From: Alphaproteobacteria bacterium
GTDB taxonomy: Bacteria > Pseudomonadota > Alphaproteobacteria > RF32 > CAG-239
Direction of reading: 5' to 3'
Length of the DNA: 42,254 bases
Assembly (NCBI GenBank): GCA_017543835.1
Contig: JAFYFJ010000001.1
Location: 1-42,254 of the forward strand
The position numbers were made by a program, and so were the translations under genes. Shown here in pieces: positions 33,262-40,970 of the stretch. Position 1 is the stretch's first letter, and every line of letters begins with the position of its first letter. The notes under the pieces are model-generated. The model did no database searches, was not told the DNA's origin, and saw only the letters and a list, made by a program, of their open reading frames with translations.

Positions 33262-33353
33262 ATTCAAAACAACATATAATTATTATAATATTTTTTATAA
33301 ATCAAGTTTTTTTTACATTTAAATCGCTTTTTTACACAATTTTTATTTTTATC

Positions 33354-33382
33354 TTGACAAAATCAACACAATATGTTATGTT
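33354..33382 (+). promoter_or_regulatory. Sigma70-like promoter (TTGACA-N17-TATGTT)
   Basis: The -35 box is at 33354-33359 and the -10 box at 33377-33382, about 80 nt upstream of the ATG at 33461. Confidence 0.5.
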
Positions 33383-33460
33383 TTCAGCTGTTTGAAAAGT
33401 TATTTTACCTATATATATGCGAGAATTTCATCTTTTGTTTTACCAAAAAAATTTTACAAA

Positions 33461-34165
33461 ATGAAAAAGAAAGTATTATTTAGTTTGACGCTGTGTGCAA
33501 TGTTTGTTGCTGCAGTGAGTGTTTTTTGCTCATGTGATTCCAAGAAGGAAGCCGTGAAGGTTGGCCCGTATGAACAGACGGAGGCCAATGGCAAATTCGG
33601 TATCAAGGACGCTGACGGCCACGTTGTTCTCGCGCCCGAATACGACAAGCTCGAATGGCGTGCCGACTGGGATGCGCTGATTGCCGACAAGGGTGACCTG
33701 TCAACCATCGTGGTCAACGGCTCGGTCGTGCTCGACGGTGTTGATGTATCCAGCTTTGAGCCCGTTGAGGGAACAGAGTATGTGTATATCAAAAGTTTCT
33801 CCGAAAGTGCCGAGGGCTCCGTGGTGCGTTTGTGGAAGGTCAAGAGTTCTTACCTTATCGGTCCGTTTAACGACATTAAGCTGATTGGCGATATTGTGTT
33901 CATGAACACAAACGGTGACTGGGGTGCCGCAACCCTCGACCATACGGGGTTGGCACCGCGCAAGTATGAACGCATCATCATCGTCAAGACAGACAAGACC
34001 CGTGCCGTGCTGGTTAAGGACAAGTCCGGTTGGGCTATGTTCGACAAAGACGGCGTGAGCGACGGCGTTCGTTATGATACCCCGTCAAAAGTGCTTGAAA
34101 AGCAAATCAAGCAGCTCGGCGTTGATGGCGAAATCGCGGTCGTTGATGTGAACTGGAAACTCTGA
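33461..34165 (+). CDS. Lipoprotein with WG-containing beta repeats (234 aa)
   Basis: MKKKVLFSLTLCAMFVAAVSVFCSC is a signal peptide plus Cys. The repeats are NGKFGIKDADGHVVLAPEYD, NGDWGAATLDHTGLAPRKYE and KSGWAMFDKDG (WG repeat pattern). The track start at 33392 is too far upstream. Confidence 0.8.
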   Translation: MKKKVLFSLTLCAMFVAAVSVFCSCDSKKEAVKVGPYEQTEANGKFGIKDADGHVVLAPEYDKLEWRADWDALIADKGDLSTIVVNGSVVLDGVDVSSFEPVEGTEYVYIKSFSESAEGSVVRLWKVKSSYLIGPFNDIKLIGDIVFMNTNGDWGAATLDHTGLAPRKYERIIIVKTDKTRAVLVKDKSGWAMFDKDGVSDGVRYDTPSKVLEKQIKQLGVDGEIAVVDVNWKL

Positions 34166-34424
34166 TGAGCCGAGGGCGCTTTTCTTCGCAAAGAGGAGAG
34201 CGCCTTGGCACAAAACCCAAAAATTATCACGATGAACAGAGCAACTGAACCTCCAAAGAAACACCCGTCGTTGCTGGTGCAAGAGCGCGACGACTTGCTC
34301 GGTAAAAACCATACGCGAAGCGTGAACGGTGATGCCCCTGAGGGACCGTTCCACGGCGAACCGCCGTATCGGAAACGCACCGAGGATTTAGACGACAGTC
34401 TTTAAAACGGTCGTTTTTCTCTAC

Positions 34425-34465
34425 AAAAAATCCCCTTAAGCCGTTGAGCTAAGGGGATTTTTCTT
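34425..34465. terminator. Bidirectional rho-independent terminator
   Basis: The sequence is AAAAAATCCCCTTAAG-CCGTTGAG-CTAAGGGGATTTTT. Confidence 0.75.
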
Positions 34466-34476
34466 TTAAGACAAGT

Positions 34477-34758
34477 TTACATCACCGTCTTTACCAACAT
34501 TTTTTGTGCCGGAACACATAAGGTGTGGCGTTCAAGCTGACGCAGAAGAACATTTTTCATACGCAATTCCACCAGTCGAATCTGTGCCTTTTCGCAAAAA
34601 GAAAAACGCGTTGCGTATTCAATCAAAATTTCCTCATCCTGCCGTTCTGCCAAAACAACCTGGGCTTCGTGGCTAAAGAAGGTGTGGTCCCACCATTTGC
34701 GCAATTCTTCCGGACTACCGTTTTGCGCCAATTCCATCTCAAAAGTCATTTTTTTCAT
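34477..34758 (-). CDS. Small helical protein (93 aa) built of three [FL]-[SC]-x-x-AQ-x-x-L-V units
   Basis: FFSHEAQVVLAE, FSFCEKAQIRLVE and TLCVPAQKMLVK show the same short motif as ISVAAQKEM and ICRAAQKKM in the two large paralogs. Confidence 0.55.
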   Translation of the reverse strand: MKKMTFEMELAQNGSPEELRKWWDHTFFSHEAQVVLAERQDEEILIEYATRFSFCEKAQIRLVELRMKNVLLRQLERHTLCVPAQKMLVKTVM

Positions 34759-34805
34759 AATGATACGAGTTTGAATAATGATGTGTAAAATAATAATTTG
34801 AAACT

Positions 34806-35219
34806 TTACTTTTTCAGCTCGGCGCGAATAGCGGTTGTCGAGCGCACCGGCAACAAATCTTTCGGAATACGGTTACTGACGACATAACGCACACCCAAAC
34901 CCTCGACAAACGCACGTTTTTCGGCACTGTCGCCATCGGTATTCACAAAGAAAATATCCGGCTTGATTTGCTTGATTTCTTCAGCAAAATCGAGCTTACC
35001 GCTGCCTTGAGCCACAAATGCCTGATGCACAAAACGTATGGCCGAAACCATATACAGACGCTCGTCTTCGTTATAGAGCGTCGGGCGATGTTTAAGCTCT
35101 TCCACCGTTTTATCCGAACCGATGGAAACATACAAATCACCGTATTGCGAGGCCTCCTCAAAAAAGCGGATATGCCCGCTGTGCAACACATCAAAACAAC
35201 CCGATACAAATACTTTCAT
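34806..35219 (-). CDS. Cytidylyl/adenylyltransferase-family protein (TagD/RfaE-domain-II-like, 137 aa)
   Basis: VFVSGCFDVLHSGHIRFF is the HxGH nucleotidyltransferase motif. It is the last gene of the glycan operon, 1 nt after the GT8 stop. Confidence 0.85.
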   Translation of the reverse strand: MKVFVSGCFDVLHSGHIRFFEEASQYGDLYVSIGSDKTVEELKHRPTLYNEDERLYMVSAIRFVHQAFVAQGSGKLDFAEEIKQIKPDIFFVNTDGDSAEKRAFVEGLGVRYVVSNRIPKDLLPVRSTTAIRAELKK

Positions 35220-35220
35220 C

Positions 35221-36132
35221 TTATTTATCCTCTATACTTAACAGTGGAATAACTCCGAAAAGTTTATATTTTGTCTGATTCGTCTTTTTATTAAGTTCTG
35301 CCATCACTTTAGCCAACACATCCTGAAACTCCTGATAAAACAGAATAAAGCGGGTATTCCAAGGCTTTGCCGCACCGGCATAATGGATAATAAACGGATT
35401 TTGAAAACCCTCAATCATTTCCTGATTGCCTTCTGTTTTGCTGTGAGTATGAACGGTAACACCATATTTGAAATGCAGTTTTTTGTAATTATTGGCAAAC
35501 ACCATATTAAATGCATCCAAATCTGCCGCAACCAACTTGTCGTGATATTGTATAGCTTTCTCAACCAGCTTGGCGGTAATATCATATTTTCGCCAATAAG
35601 CGCAATTAATAATGATATTGGCCGACTGAAAATATAAGTGACTTTCATCAATCGAAAATGTTTTCTTGCGTAACCGATGATTAAATATCCCCTCATGTTC
35701 TTTGCCGATTTCTTCGACGGTTGCCGCAATTCCGTAATTACCTAAATCAATGGCATAATACTTGGCAATATCCCCCATAAATATGCAATCCGCATCGGTA
35801 TAAATAACTTTGTCATATTTCTTGCATATTTCCGGAATAAAAAAGCGTGAATATGCCGACGTGCTGAAATGAAAAAGATTGGGAAAACGTTGCAAATCAT
35901 ATCGTTTCATATCAACAAAAGACAGCTTACAATTTTCAAAACGCTCCATCGCCTTTTTGATTTGCTTTTTATGCTCGGATGTTACGCCATCAGCCAAAAG
36001 AAAAAAGTGAATGAAAGATTTTGTTTTTTCCAAAATGGAATATATACAAACCGTCGTCGGTATTGTATAATTATCGTTCAGTGCCAAAACAACCGGAATC
36101 ACTTTTTTTTTTGTTTTTTTGCCGAATATCAT
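35221..36132 (-). CDS. Glycosyltransferase family 8 (LgtC/RfaJ-like), with the C-terminal KLFGVIPLLSIEDK tail
   Basis: IPVVLALNDNYTIPTTVCIYSI, YTDADCIFMGD (DxD) and HYAGAAKPW are GT8 motifs. Confidence 0.88.
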   Translation of the reverse strand: MIFGKKTKKKVIPVVLALNDNYTIPTTVCIYSILEKTKSFIHFFLLADGVTSEHKKQIKKAMERFENCKLSFVDMKRYDLQRFPNLFHFSTSAYSRFFIPEICKKYDKVIYTDADCIFMGDIAKYYAIDLGNYGIAATVEEIGKEHEGIFNHRLRKKTFSIDESHLYFQSANIIINCAYWRKYDITAKLVEKAIQYHDKLVAADLDAFNMVFANNYKKLHFKYGVTVHTHSKTEGNQEMIEGFQNPFIIHYAGAAKPWNTRFILFYQEFQDVLAKVMAELNKKTNQTKYKLFGVIPLLSIEDK

Positions 36133-36160
36133 TTTATAGTCCCTGCTTTATGGTATTATT

Positions 36161-36994
36161 TCAGTTATCATCTATACTTAATAACGGAATAAAACCAAAA
36201 AGTCTATAAGATTTTTTCTGTGAGAAATGGATATGTTTCCACTCATTTTGTTCGGCTCGTTTCTGGCGCGCCAATTTTTGGTGCCTCTCAAAATCGTCCA
36301 ATTCCTGCCGCGTATAATAAATATTGTTAAATCGGCTATGCTCTATTTTCCGCAACTGTTCATTTTTCGGATTTGCCGTTGCACCATCGAGCCAAAAACG
36401 TCCGACCAATGTATGAAGCATTTTGACCTTCTCGCCGGCGCTAATCAGGCGTAAATTCATTTCCGTGTCGGCCGAAATTTTGTAGCTTTCATCATACAGA
36501 CCGTATTTTTCAAACAAGGCTCGACGATAAAAAGCCGACTGATGCGCCATCGAATATTTCAAAAAAGTCATCTTATCAATCGGACTTTGATGGCGCCAAA
36601 CATACGCCAACTTTTTGTCCGAATTAAAACGTTCTTCTTCGGCTTGCAAAATGTTTTCGGTATATGTGTTATTCTTGAAAACTTTTTCAAGCGCATCACA
36701 AATCGCATATTCGTCGCCGCCGTTCATAAAATTAAGCCACTCGCCGTGCGCCAGTTTAATTCCCTTATTCATGGCATTGTATATGCCCTTGTCTTTTTCG
36801 GAAATCAGAATATTGATGCGGTCGGCATATTCTTTGAGCACATCAACTGTGCCGTCGGTGGAACCGCCGTCAACCACAATCCACTCAAAATCCTGCCAAC
36901 TCTGATTAACGATGCTCTTGCAGGTGCGCTCGATTGTGTCTTTGATATTGTAACTGACTGTAATAATACTCAATGTCGGATTTTGTTTTTTCAT
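36161..36994 (-). CDS. Glycosyltransferase family 2, with the C-terminal RLFGFIPLLSIDDN tail
   Basis: LSIITVSYNIKDTIERTCKSIVNQSWQDFEWIVVDGGSTDGT is a GT2 N-terminal pattern. The ATG at 36994 has the SD GAGGA 8 nt upstream. The track TTG start is 37009. Confidence 0.88.
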   Translation of the reverse strand: MKKQNPTLSIITVSYNIKDTIERTCKSIVNQSWQDFEWIVVDGGSTDGTVDVLKEYADRINILISEKDKGIYNAMNKGIKLAHGEWLNFMNGGDEYAICDALEKVFKNNTYTENILQAEEERFNSDKKLAYVWRHQSPIDKMTFLKYSMAHQSAFYRRALFEKYGLYDESYKISADTEMNLRLISAGEKVKMLHTLVGRFWLDGATANPKNEQLRKIEHSRFNNIYYTRQELDDFERHQKLARQKRAEQNEWKHIHFSQKKSYRLFGFIPLLSIDDN

Positions 36995-36995
36995 C

Positions 36996-37970
36996 TTACT
37001 TATCCTCAATACTCAAGAACGGAATAAAGCCGAAAAGTTTATAGATTTTAATACTGCGGGTCGGAGCTTTCAAACTGCGGGTCGGAGCTTTCAAAACGGG
37101 TTGAACCGTCTTAGTTACGCCCTTTCTGAAAGGGTTTTGCAAATTATAAAAATGTTTCCACAAAACAGCATTCATCAGATATACCCGTTGGTCCGAATGA
37201 TATTTTTTTATATCCAGTTTAAATGTGGGCGAGAAGAGCCGTTGGTCCTTGCTGCTGTAATGTGCCCCTTCTTCACCGATATTGGATATTAAATTTTTGG
37301 TCGGAAAAATTGTCAGGCCTTTCTGCTCGGCAATACAAAAATTCCATGGGAAATACCAACTGTTGATTTCGTTTCTTTTAACTCTTTGCAGAATATAATT
37401 CCAATATTGTTTTATGTTGAAAAATGATGAGATATTCTCAACAACATCATCATTGATATCCGAAACATCCAAGCGAAATTTCTGCCATCTGTCTGCCCAA
37501 GTTGCCCAGCCCCAACAATGTGAAACCGAGGCAAATTCATAAGCATACGGGCTTTCAACTTGTGCCACAGGCAAATAACCGACGATACTGAATACCTTTT
37601 TATCGTTTTTATATTTATCGAGCAATTTTTCGCAAAATGTAAAAAACGACGGTGAAGGCAGACAATCGTCTTCCAAAATTATGCCTTCCGGCTCGTTTTC
37701 CAAAAACCAGGTTATCGCGCCCGAAACACCTTTACCGCAACCGCCGGAATTAACCTCCAGAAAACGCGTTTTCACTACACAATCCCAATCAATGTGACTC
37801 AAAAGATAATCGCGCACTTTCTGCACTTTTTCTTTTTCACCCTCTTTATCCGGACGCGGACCGTCGGACGCAATATACAACCGCGGCGGTTTAGCTTTGG
37901 CAACCGCGGCAAACACATCTTTTAAGCAATCCAACCGATTAAATGTCGGCAGAAGTATGGCCGTTTTCAT
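36996..37970 (-). CDS. Nucleotide-diphospho-sugar glycosyltransferase, GnT-I (GT13)-like, with the C-terminal KLFGFIPFLSIEDK tail
   Basis: ILLPTFNRLDCLKDV and GIILEDDCLPSPSFF match the E-D-D plus SP-x-FF pattern of GnT-I-type enzymes, from memory. The SD GGAGA lies 5 nt before the ATG at 37970. Confidence 0.72.
   Translation of the reverse strand: MKTAILLPTFNRLDCLKDVFAAVAKAKPPRLYIASDGPRPDKEGEKEKVQKVRDYLLSHIDWDCVVKTRFLEVNSGGCGKGVSGAITWFLENEPEGIILEDDCLPSPSFFTFCEKLLDKYKNDKKVFSIVGYLPVAQVESPYAYEFASVSHCWGWATWADRWQKFRLDVSDINDDVVENISSFFNIKQYWNYILQRVKRNEINSWYFPWNFCIAEQKGLTIFPTKNLISNIGEEGAHYSSKDQRLFSPTFKLDIKKYHSDQRVYLMNAVLWKHFYNLQNPFRKGVTKTVQPVLKAPTRSLKAPTRSIKIYKLFGFIPFLSIEDK
37053..37094. repeat. Perfect 21-bp tandem duplication (2 units) inside the GT gene 36996-37970
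   Basis: ACTGCGGGTCGGAGCTTTCAA occurs at 37053-37073 and again at 37074-37094. It is in frame and encodes LKAPTRS twice, immediately upstream of the tail motif. Confidence 0.95.
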
Positions 37971-38631
37971 CAGCATCTCCGTATTTTTTAACAAATTCTT
38001 CTACATCAAAGAACATTTTTTCAACTTGCCGCAACTTGTCATCCGGCCAATTCCACCATTGAATTTTTTGCATTTTTTCAATGACATGCGGCGGAAAACG
38101 ATACTTGATGATATGTGCCGGCACCCCGACGGCAATGGCATACGGCGGAATATCTTTGTTGACAACCGCACCGGCACCGATAACGGCACCGTCGCCGATT
38201 GTGACACCGTCTAAAATGCAAACATTCATGCCTATAAAAACATCATTGCCGATAACGATCGGTTTACGTTCTTCTATTTTATTCTCGGCGCAGAAAGTCA
38301 TCCCGTTTTGTTTGCCTGTCGAATAAAAGCACGGAGCTGTCGATATGCCGTTTGTCGGATGAATGCCCCAACCGCAAATTAAGTTAGGGCCGATGGAACA
38401 GAACTTCCCTATTTTTGTCATAGATATATGTGAATTACTTGAAACATAAGTTCCGCGCCCGATTTCAACCTGTTTCCCTATTTGATACGGCTTATACATT
38501 TTCACTTCAGGGAAAGACTTCTCTTCCGACTTAGCATTACCCGAATAAGGATAATTAGGTTCGGTCGTCTTTTCCTTAATCGAGAACAGCGGTATAAAAC
38601 CAAACAACTTCCAGCGTATTTCTTTTTTCAT
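37939..38631 (-). CDS. Hexapeptide-repeat (XAT/Vat/CatB-like) acetyltransferase with the N-terminal WKLFGFIPLFSIKEK motif
   Basis: IGKFCSIGPNL...HPTNGISTAPCFY...IGNDVFIGMNVCILDGVTIGDGAVIGAGAVV...WWNWPDDKL is an XAT signature. The ATG at 38631 lies 2 nt after the stop of the small ORF. The track ORF extends upstream to 38775. Confidence 0.83.
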   Translation of the reverse strand: MKKEIRWKLFGFIPLFSIKEKTTEPNYPYSGNAKSEEKSFPEVKMYKPYQIGKQVEIGRGTYVSSNSHISMTKIGKFCSIGPNLICGWGIHPTNGISTAPCFYSTGKQNGMTFCAENKIEERKPIVIGNDVFIGMNVCILDGVTIGDGAVIGAGAVVNKDIPPYAIAVGVPAHIIKYRFPPHVIEKMQKIQWWNWPDDKLRQVEKMFFDVEEFVKKYGDADENGHTSADI

Positions 38632-38633
38632 TT

Positions 38634-38843
38634 TTACACCTTTTTTTTGCTCACTTTGAGCATCAAAATGCCTAAAATATAATATTTCGATACGCCTTTT
38701 GCTTGATCGTGAACACGGCCATATATCGGCAAGCCCAAAACTTTCCAAGTTTTTCTGCCGCCGCGATGTGTCCAACCGTATAACGGCAAAAAGCCGAATA
38801 ATTTGATTTTATGTGTATGTTTAACTGTTTGTTCTTTAGCCAT
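38634..38843 (-). CDS. 69-aa ORF consisting only of three tail-motif units
   Basis: MAKEQTVKHTHKIKLFGFLPLYGWTHRGGRKTWKVLGLPIYGRVHDQAKGVSKYYILGILMLKVSKKKV is collinear with the last approximately 62 aa of GT2 39027-40157. The ATG is preceded by GGGGA, and the ORF is tightly coupled to the acetyltransferase gene. Confidence 0.5.
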   Translation of the reverse strand: MAKEQTVKHTHKIKLFGFLPLYGWTHRGGRKTWKVLGLPIYGRVHDQAKGVSKYYILGILMLKVSKKKV

Positions 38844-39026
38844 TTGTTTCCCCGTTCGTTTGAAAAAATTACAACTTATATTTGTATTTTTTATATTATT
38901 TGTTCTTATACTTCACTCGAATATAAATGTCAACCCCTAAAAAACACTTTATACAGCATTATCGGGGGTTGTTTGAAAACAGACCCCGATACCTCATCTA
39001 ATATTGTGTAAAAACAATATGTTATG

Positions 39027-40157
39027 TTAAATCTGCGGCAATTCTTCTTTTTTGCTGATTTTTACGACCGGCAAAAAGCCGAACAGATAATACTTTATGG
39101 AGCCGTCGTTGGCCATTTTGCGCCGTTTCAACATCGGAATACCCAAGATATTCCAAACTTTTTTACCGCCTTTTTCCTTCCATCCGCCAAGCGGTAAAAA
39201 GAACAGGAGTTTATATGTTTGAGAACGTTTTGCCACTATATCATCTTTCATTTCCTTAAAACGCTTGGTTTCGTATAAGTCGTGATACAGGCGCTCCGAA
39301 AGGTGTTGTTTTGCCAAATCGCGCAACAGGCGGATATCGTCTTGCGTTTCCCAACGCAAACTGCTGGCCAAAGTATAGAACATTTTTTCATAAAACTTGT
39401 CATATAATCCGAGTCTTTGCAGATTCTTTTCGAGTGCCGCCGCCGCTTGAATAAAGTATTCGTTTTTGCCGAATCGGTCGCTCGAAGTTTGCGTGCCGGT
39501 ATTCGAGCGATAATGCACAAACGGCTTGTTAATAAAGCTGATTTTCTGCGCCGTCGCGATGGTTAGATAAATGCAGGTCAAATCGTTGCACTTTTTCAGA
39601 TTTTCAAAGCGCAGATTATATTTTGTGAACAAATCGTGCTTAATCAGCTTTGTCCACGGTGTCGGAAAGCAAAAGTTAAACAGCTTGTCGGAATATTCTT
39701 CCGGCTTAATCGGCGCATCAAGCATCATTTGCGGATTAAGCTTGCGCCGAAAAGTATTTCTTTCACGCATTTGGTCATAGGTGTAATAACCGCAGACAAC
39801 CATATCCGCTTCTTCGTCCTCGGCTTTGTTATACATTTCTTCAAGCATCTCCGGCTCAAAGAAATCATCGGAATCCAAAAAGCTTAAGTATTCGCCCTGA
39901 GCCGCATCAAGTCCGGCATTACGCGCCGCACCGGCAAATTTGTTTTGTTGCTTGATGATTTTGATACGTTTATCCTGTTTGGCGTATTTGTTCAAAATCG
40001 TCAGCGAGCGGTCGGTCGAGCCGTCATCCACGCAAATAATCTCAATATCCGGCAATGTTTGATTAATCACGCTATCCAAACATTGCGGCAGATATTTTTC
40101 CACATTGTATACCGGTATTACGACCGAAACTTTTGGCTTTTGTTGTTTTTTTCTCAT
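39027..40157 (-). CDS. Glycosyltransferase family 2 with a triple tail motif at the C-terminus (376 aa)
   Basis: VSVVIPVYNVEKYLPQCLDSVINQTLPDIEIICVDDGSTD and LDSDDFF are GT2 motifs. The ATG at 40157 has the SD AAGGA. The track start is 40214. Confidence 0.88.
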   Translation of the reverse strand: MRKKQQKPKVSVVIPVYNVEKYLPQCLDSVINQTLPDIEIICVDDGSTDRSLTILNKYAKQDKRIKIIKQQNKFAGAARNAGLDAAQGEYLSFLDSDDFFEPEMLEEMYNKAEDEEADMVVCGYYTYDQMRERNTFRRKLNPQMMLDAPIKPEEYSDKLFNFCFPTPWTKLIKHDLFTKYNLRFENLKKCNDLTCIYLTIATAQKISFINKPFVHYRSNTGTQTSSDRFGKNEYFIQAAAALEKNLQRLGLYDKFYEKMFYTLASSLRWETQDDIRLLRDLAKQHLSERLYHDLYETKRFKEMKDDIVAKRSQTYKLLFFLPLGGWKEKGGKKVWNILGIPMLKRRKMANDGSIKYYLFGFLPVVKISKKEELPQI

Positions 40158-40387
40158 AAATATTCCTTTGATTTTGTTATGTTTATGGCTCGAAGATATA
40201 AGAGCCGCCGCCAAATGTCAAGCGCTAATGTCGGCTTATAAGACATTGCGGCGAATATCCCTTTTTCGCCAATAAGCCGCATACTTTCTGACACATTTTT
40301 CTCATCTTTTGTGGCATAGAGCGTTGAAAGCCCGAAAAACATACATATCTAGGTAGAGGTTTTTGTTAACAATAAAGGAGAAAGGTT

Positions 40388-40771
40388 ATGAAATATAAGT
40401 TTTTATCACTTTTTGCGGCGGCAGGTATGCTGTTTGGCGCGTTTTCGGCGGCAAATGCCGGAACAACACCTTCCGCTTCGGGCGCCGAAAAGCCCATCAG
40501 CCAAGTCAGCGATGTCAGCAATATGCCGGATGATACAACCGTTTATATTCAAGGTTATTTAACCCAAAACTTAGGCAACGAAATGTATATGTTTCAAGAC
40601 AACAGCGGCACGATAACAATCGAAATAGATGACGATTTGCTTGCCTCAAATGCCGCCCAACCGAATACTTTGGTGTGGATTATGGCCGAAGTTAATCAAG
40701 ACGGTCAGGTCACATCTCTCGAAGCCGAAGAAATCCAATTTTTACCGTCGCAGGCAACCAATACAAAATAG
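40388..40771 (+). CDS. YgiW/YdeI-family periplasmic OB-fold (BOF) protein
   Basis: It has the signal peptide MKYKFLSLFAAAGMLFGAFSAANA. PDDTTVYIQGYLTQNLGNEMYMFQDNSGTITIEIDDD matches the BOF pattern. The SD AAAGGAGA is present. Confidence 0.85.
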   Translation: MKYKFLSLFAAAGMLFGAFSAANAGTTPSASGAEKPISQVSDVSNMPDDTTVYIQGYLTQNLGNEMYMFQDNSGTITIEIDDDLLASNAAQPNTLVWIMAEVNQDGQVTSLEAEEIQFLPSQATNTK

Positions 40772-40781
40772 TGATACTTTA

Positions 40782-40819
40782 ATCCTCCGGCTTTGCTCAC
40801 CGCACCGGAGGATTTTTTT
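40782..40819 (+). terminator. Rho-independent terminator
   Basis: The sequence is ATCCTCCGG-N14-CCGGAGGAT followed by TTTTTTT. Confidence 0.8.
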
Positions 40820-40862
40820 AGCGGTCGTAATAAGAAAAATATCATAAATAATAAGAAAATAC

Positions 40863-40891
40863 TTGACATATGGTAACCGATATGTTATAAA
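40863..40891 (+). promoter_or_regulatory. Near-consensus sigma70 promoter (TTGACA-N17-TATAAA)
   Basis: The -35 box is at 40863-40868 and the -10 box at 40886-40891, about 150 nt upstream of the ATG at 41043. Confidence 0.55.
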
Positions 40892-40935
40892 GTTTGTCAG
40901 AATGGATTTCTCGGCGAATTTCATTCTACCGAGCG

Positions 40936-40970
40936 GAATACTGTTTTGCAAAAACAGTATTCTTTTTTTT
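40936..40970 (+). terminator. Strong intrinsic terminator inside the leader of the 41043 gene (attenuator or end of a short RNA)
   Basis: GAATACTGTTTT-GCA-AAAACAGTATTC is a perfect 12-bp stem, followed by eight T residues. Confidence 0.7.

Noticed and set aside
38632-38775. N-terminal 48-codon extension of the acetyltransferase ORF (track start 38775)
   Set aside because: It overlaps the 69-aa tail ORF in another frame. Its translation (MDTSRRQKNLESFGLADIWPCSRSS...) has no XAT similarity. The ATG at 38631 begins exactly with the tail motif and follows the small ORF stop by 2 nt.
40154-40342. 62-aa minus-strand ORF upstream of the first GT2 gene
   Set aside because: It overlaps the SD and start of the GT2 gene in another frame and lies in the divergent promoter region. 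It has no motif.
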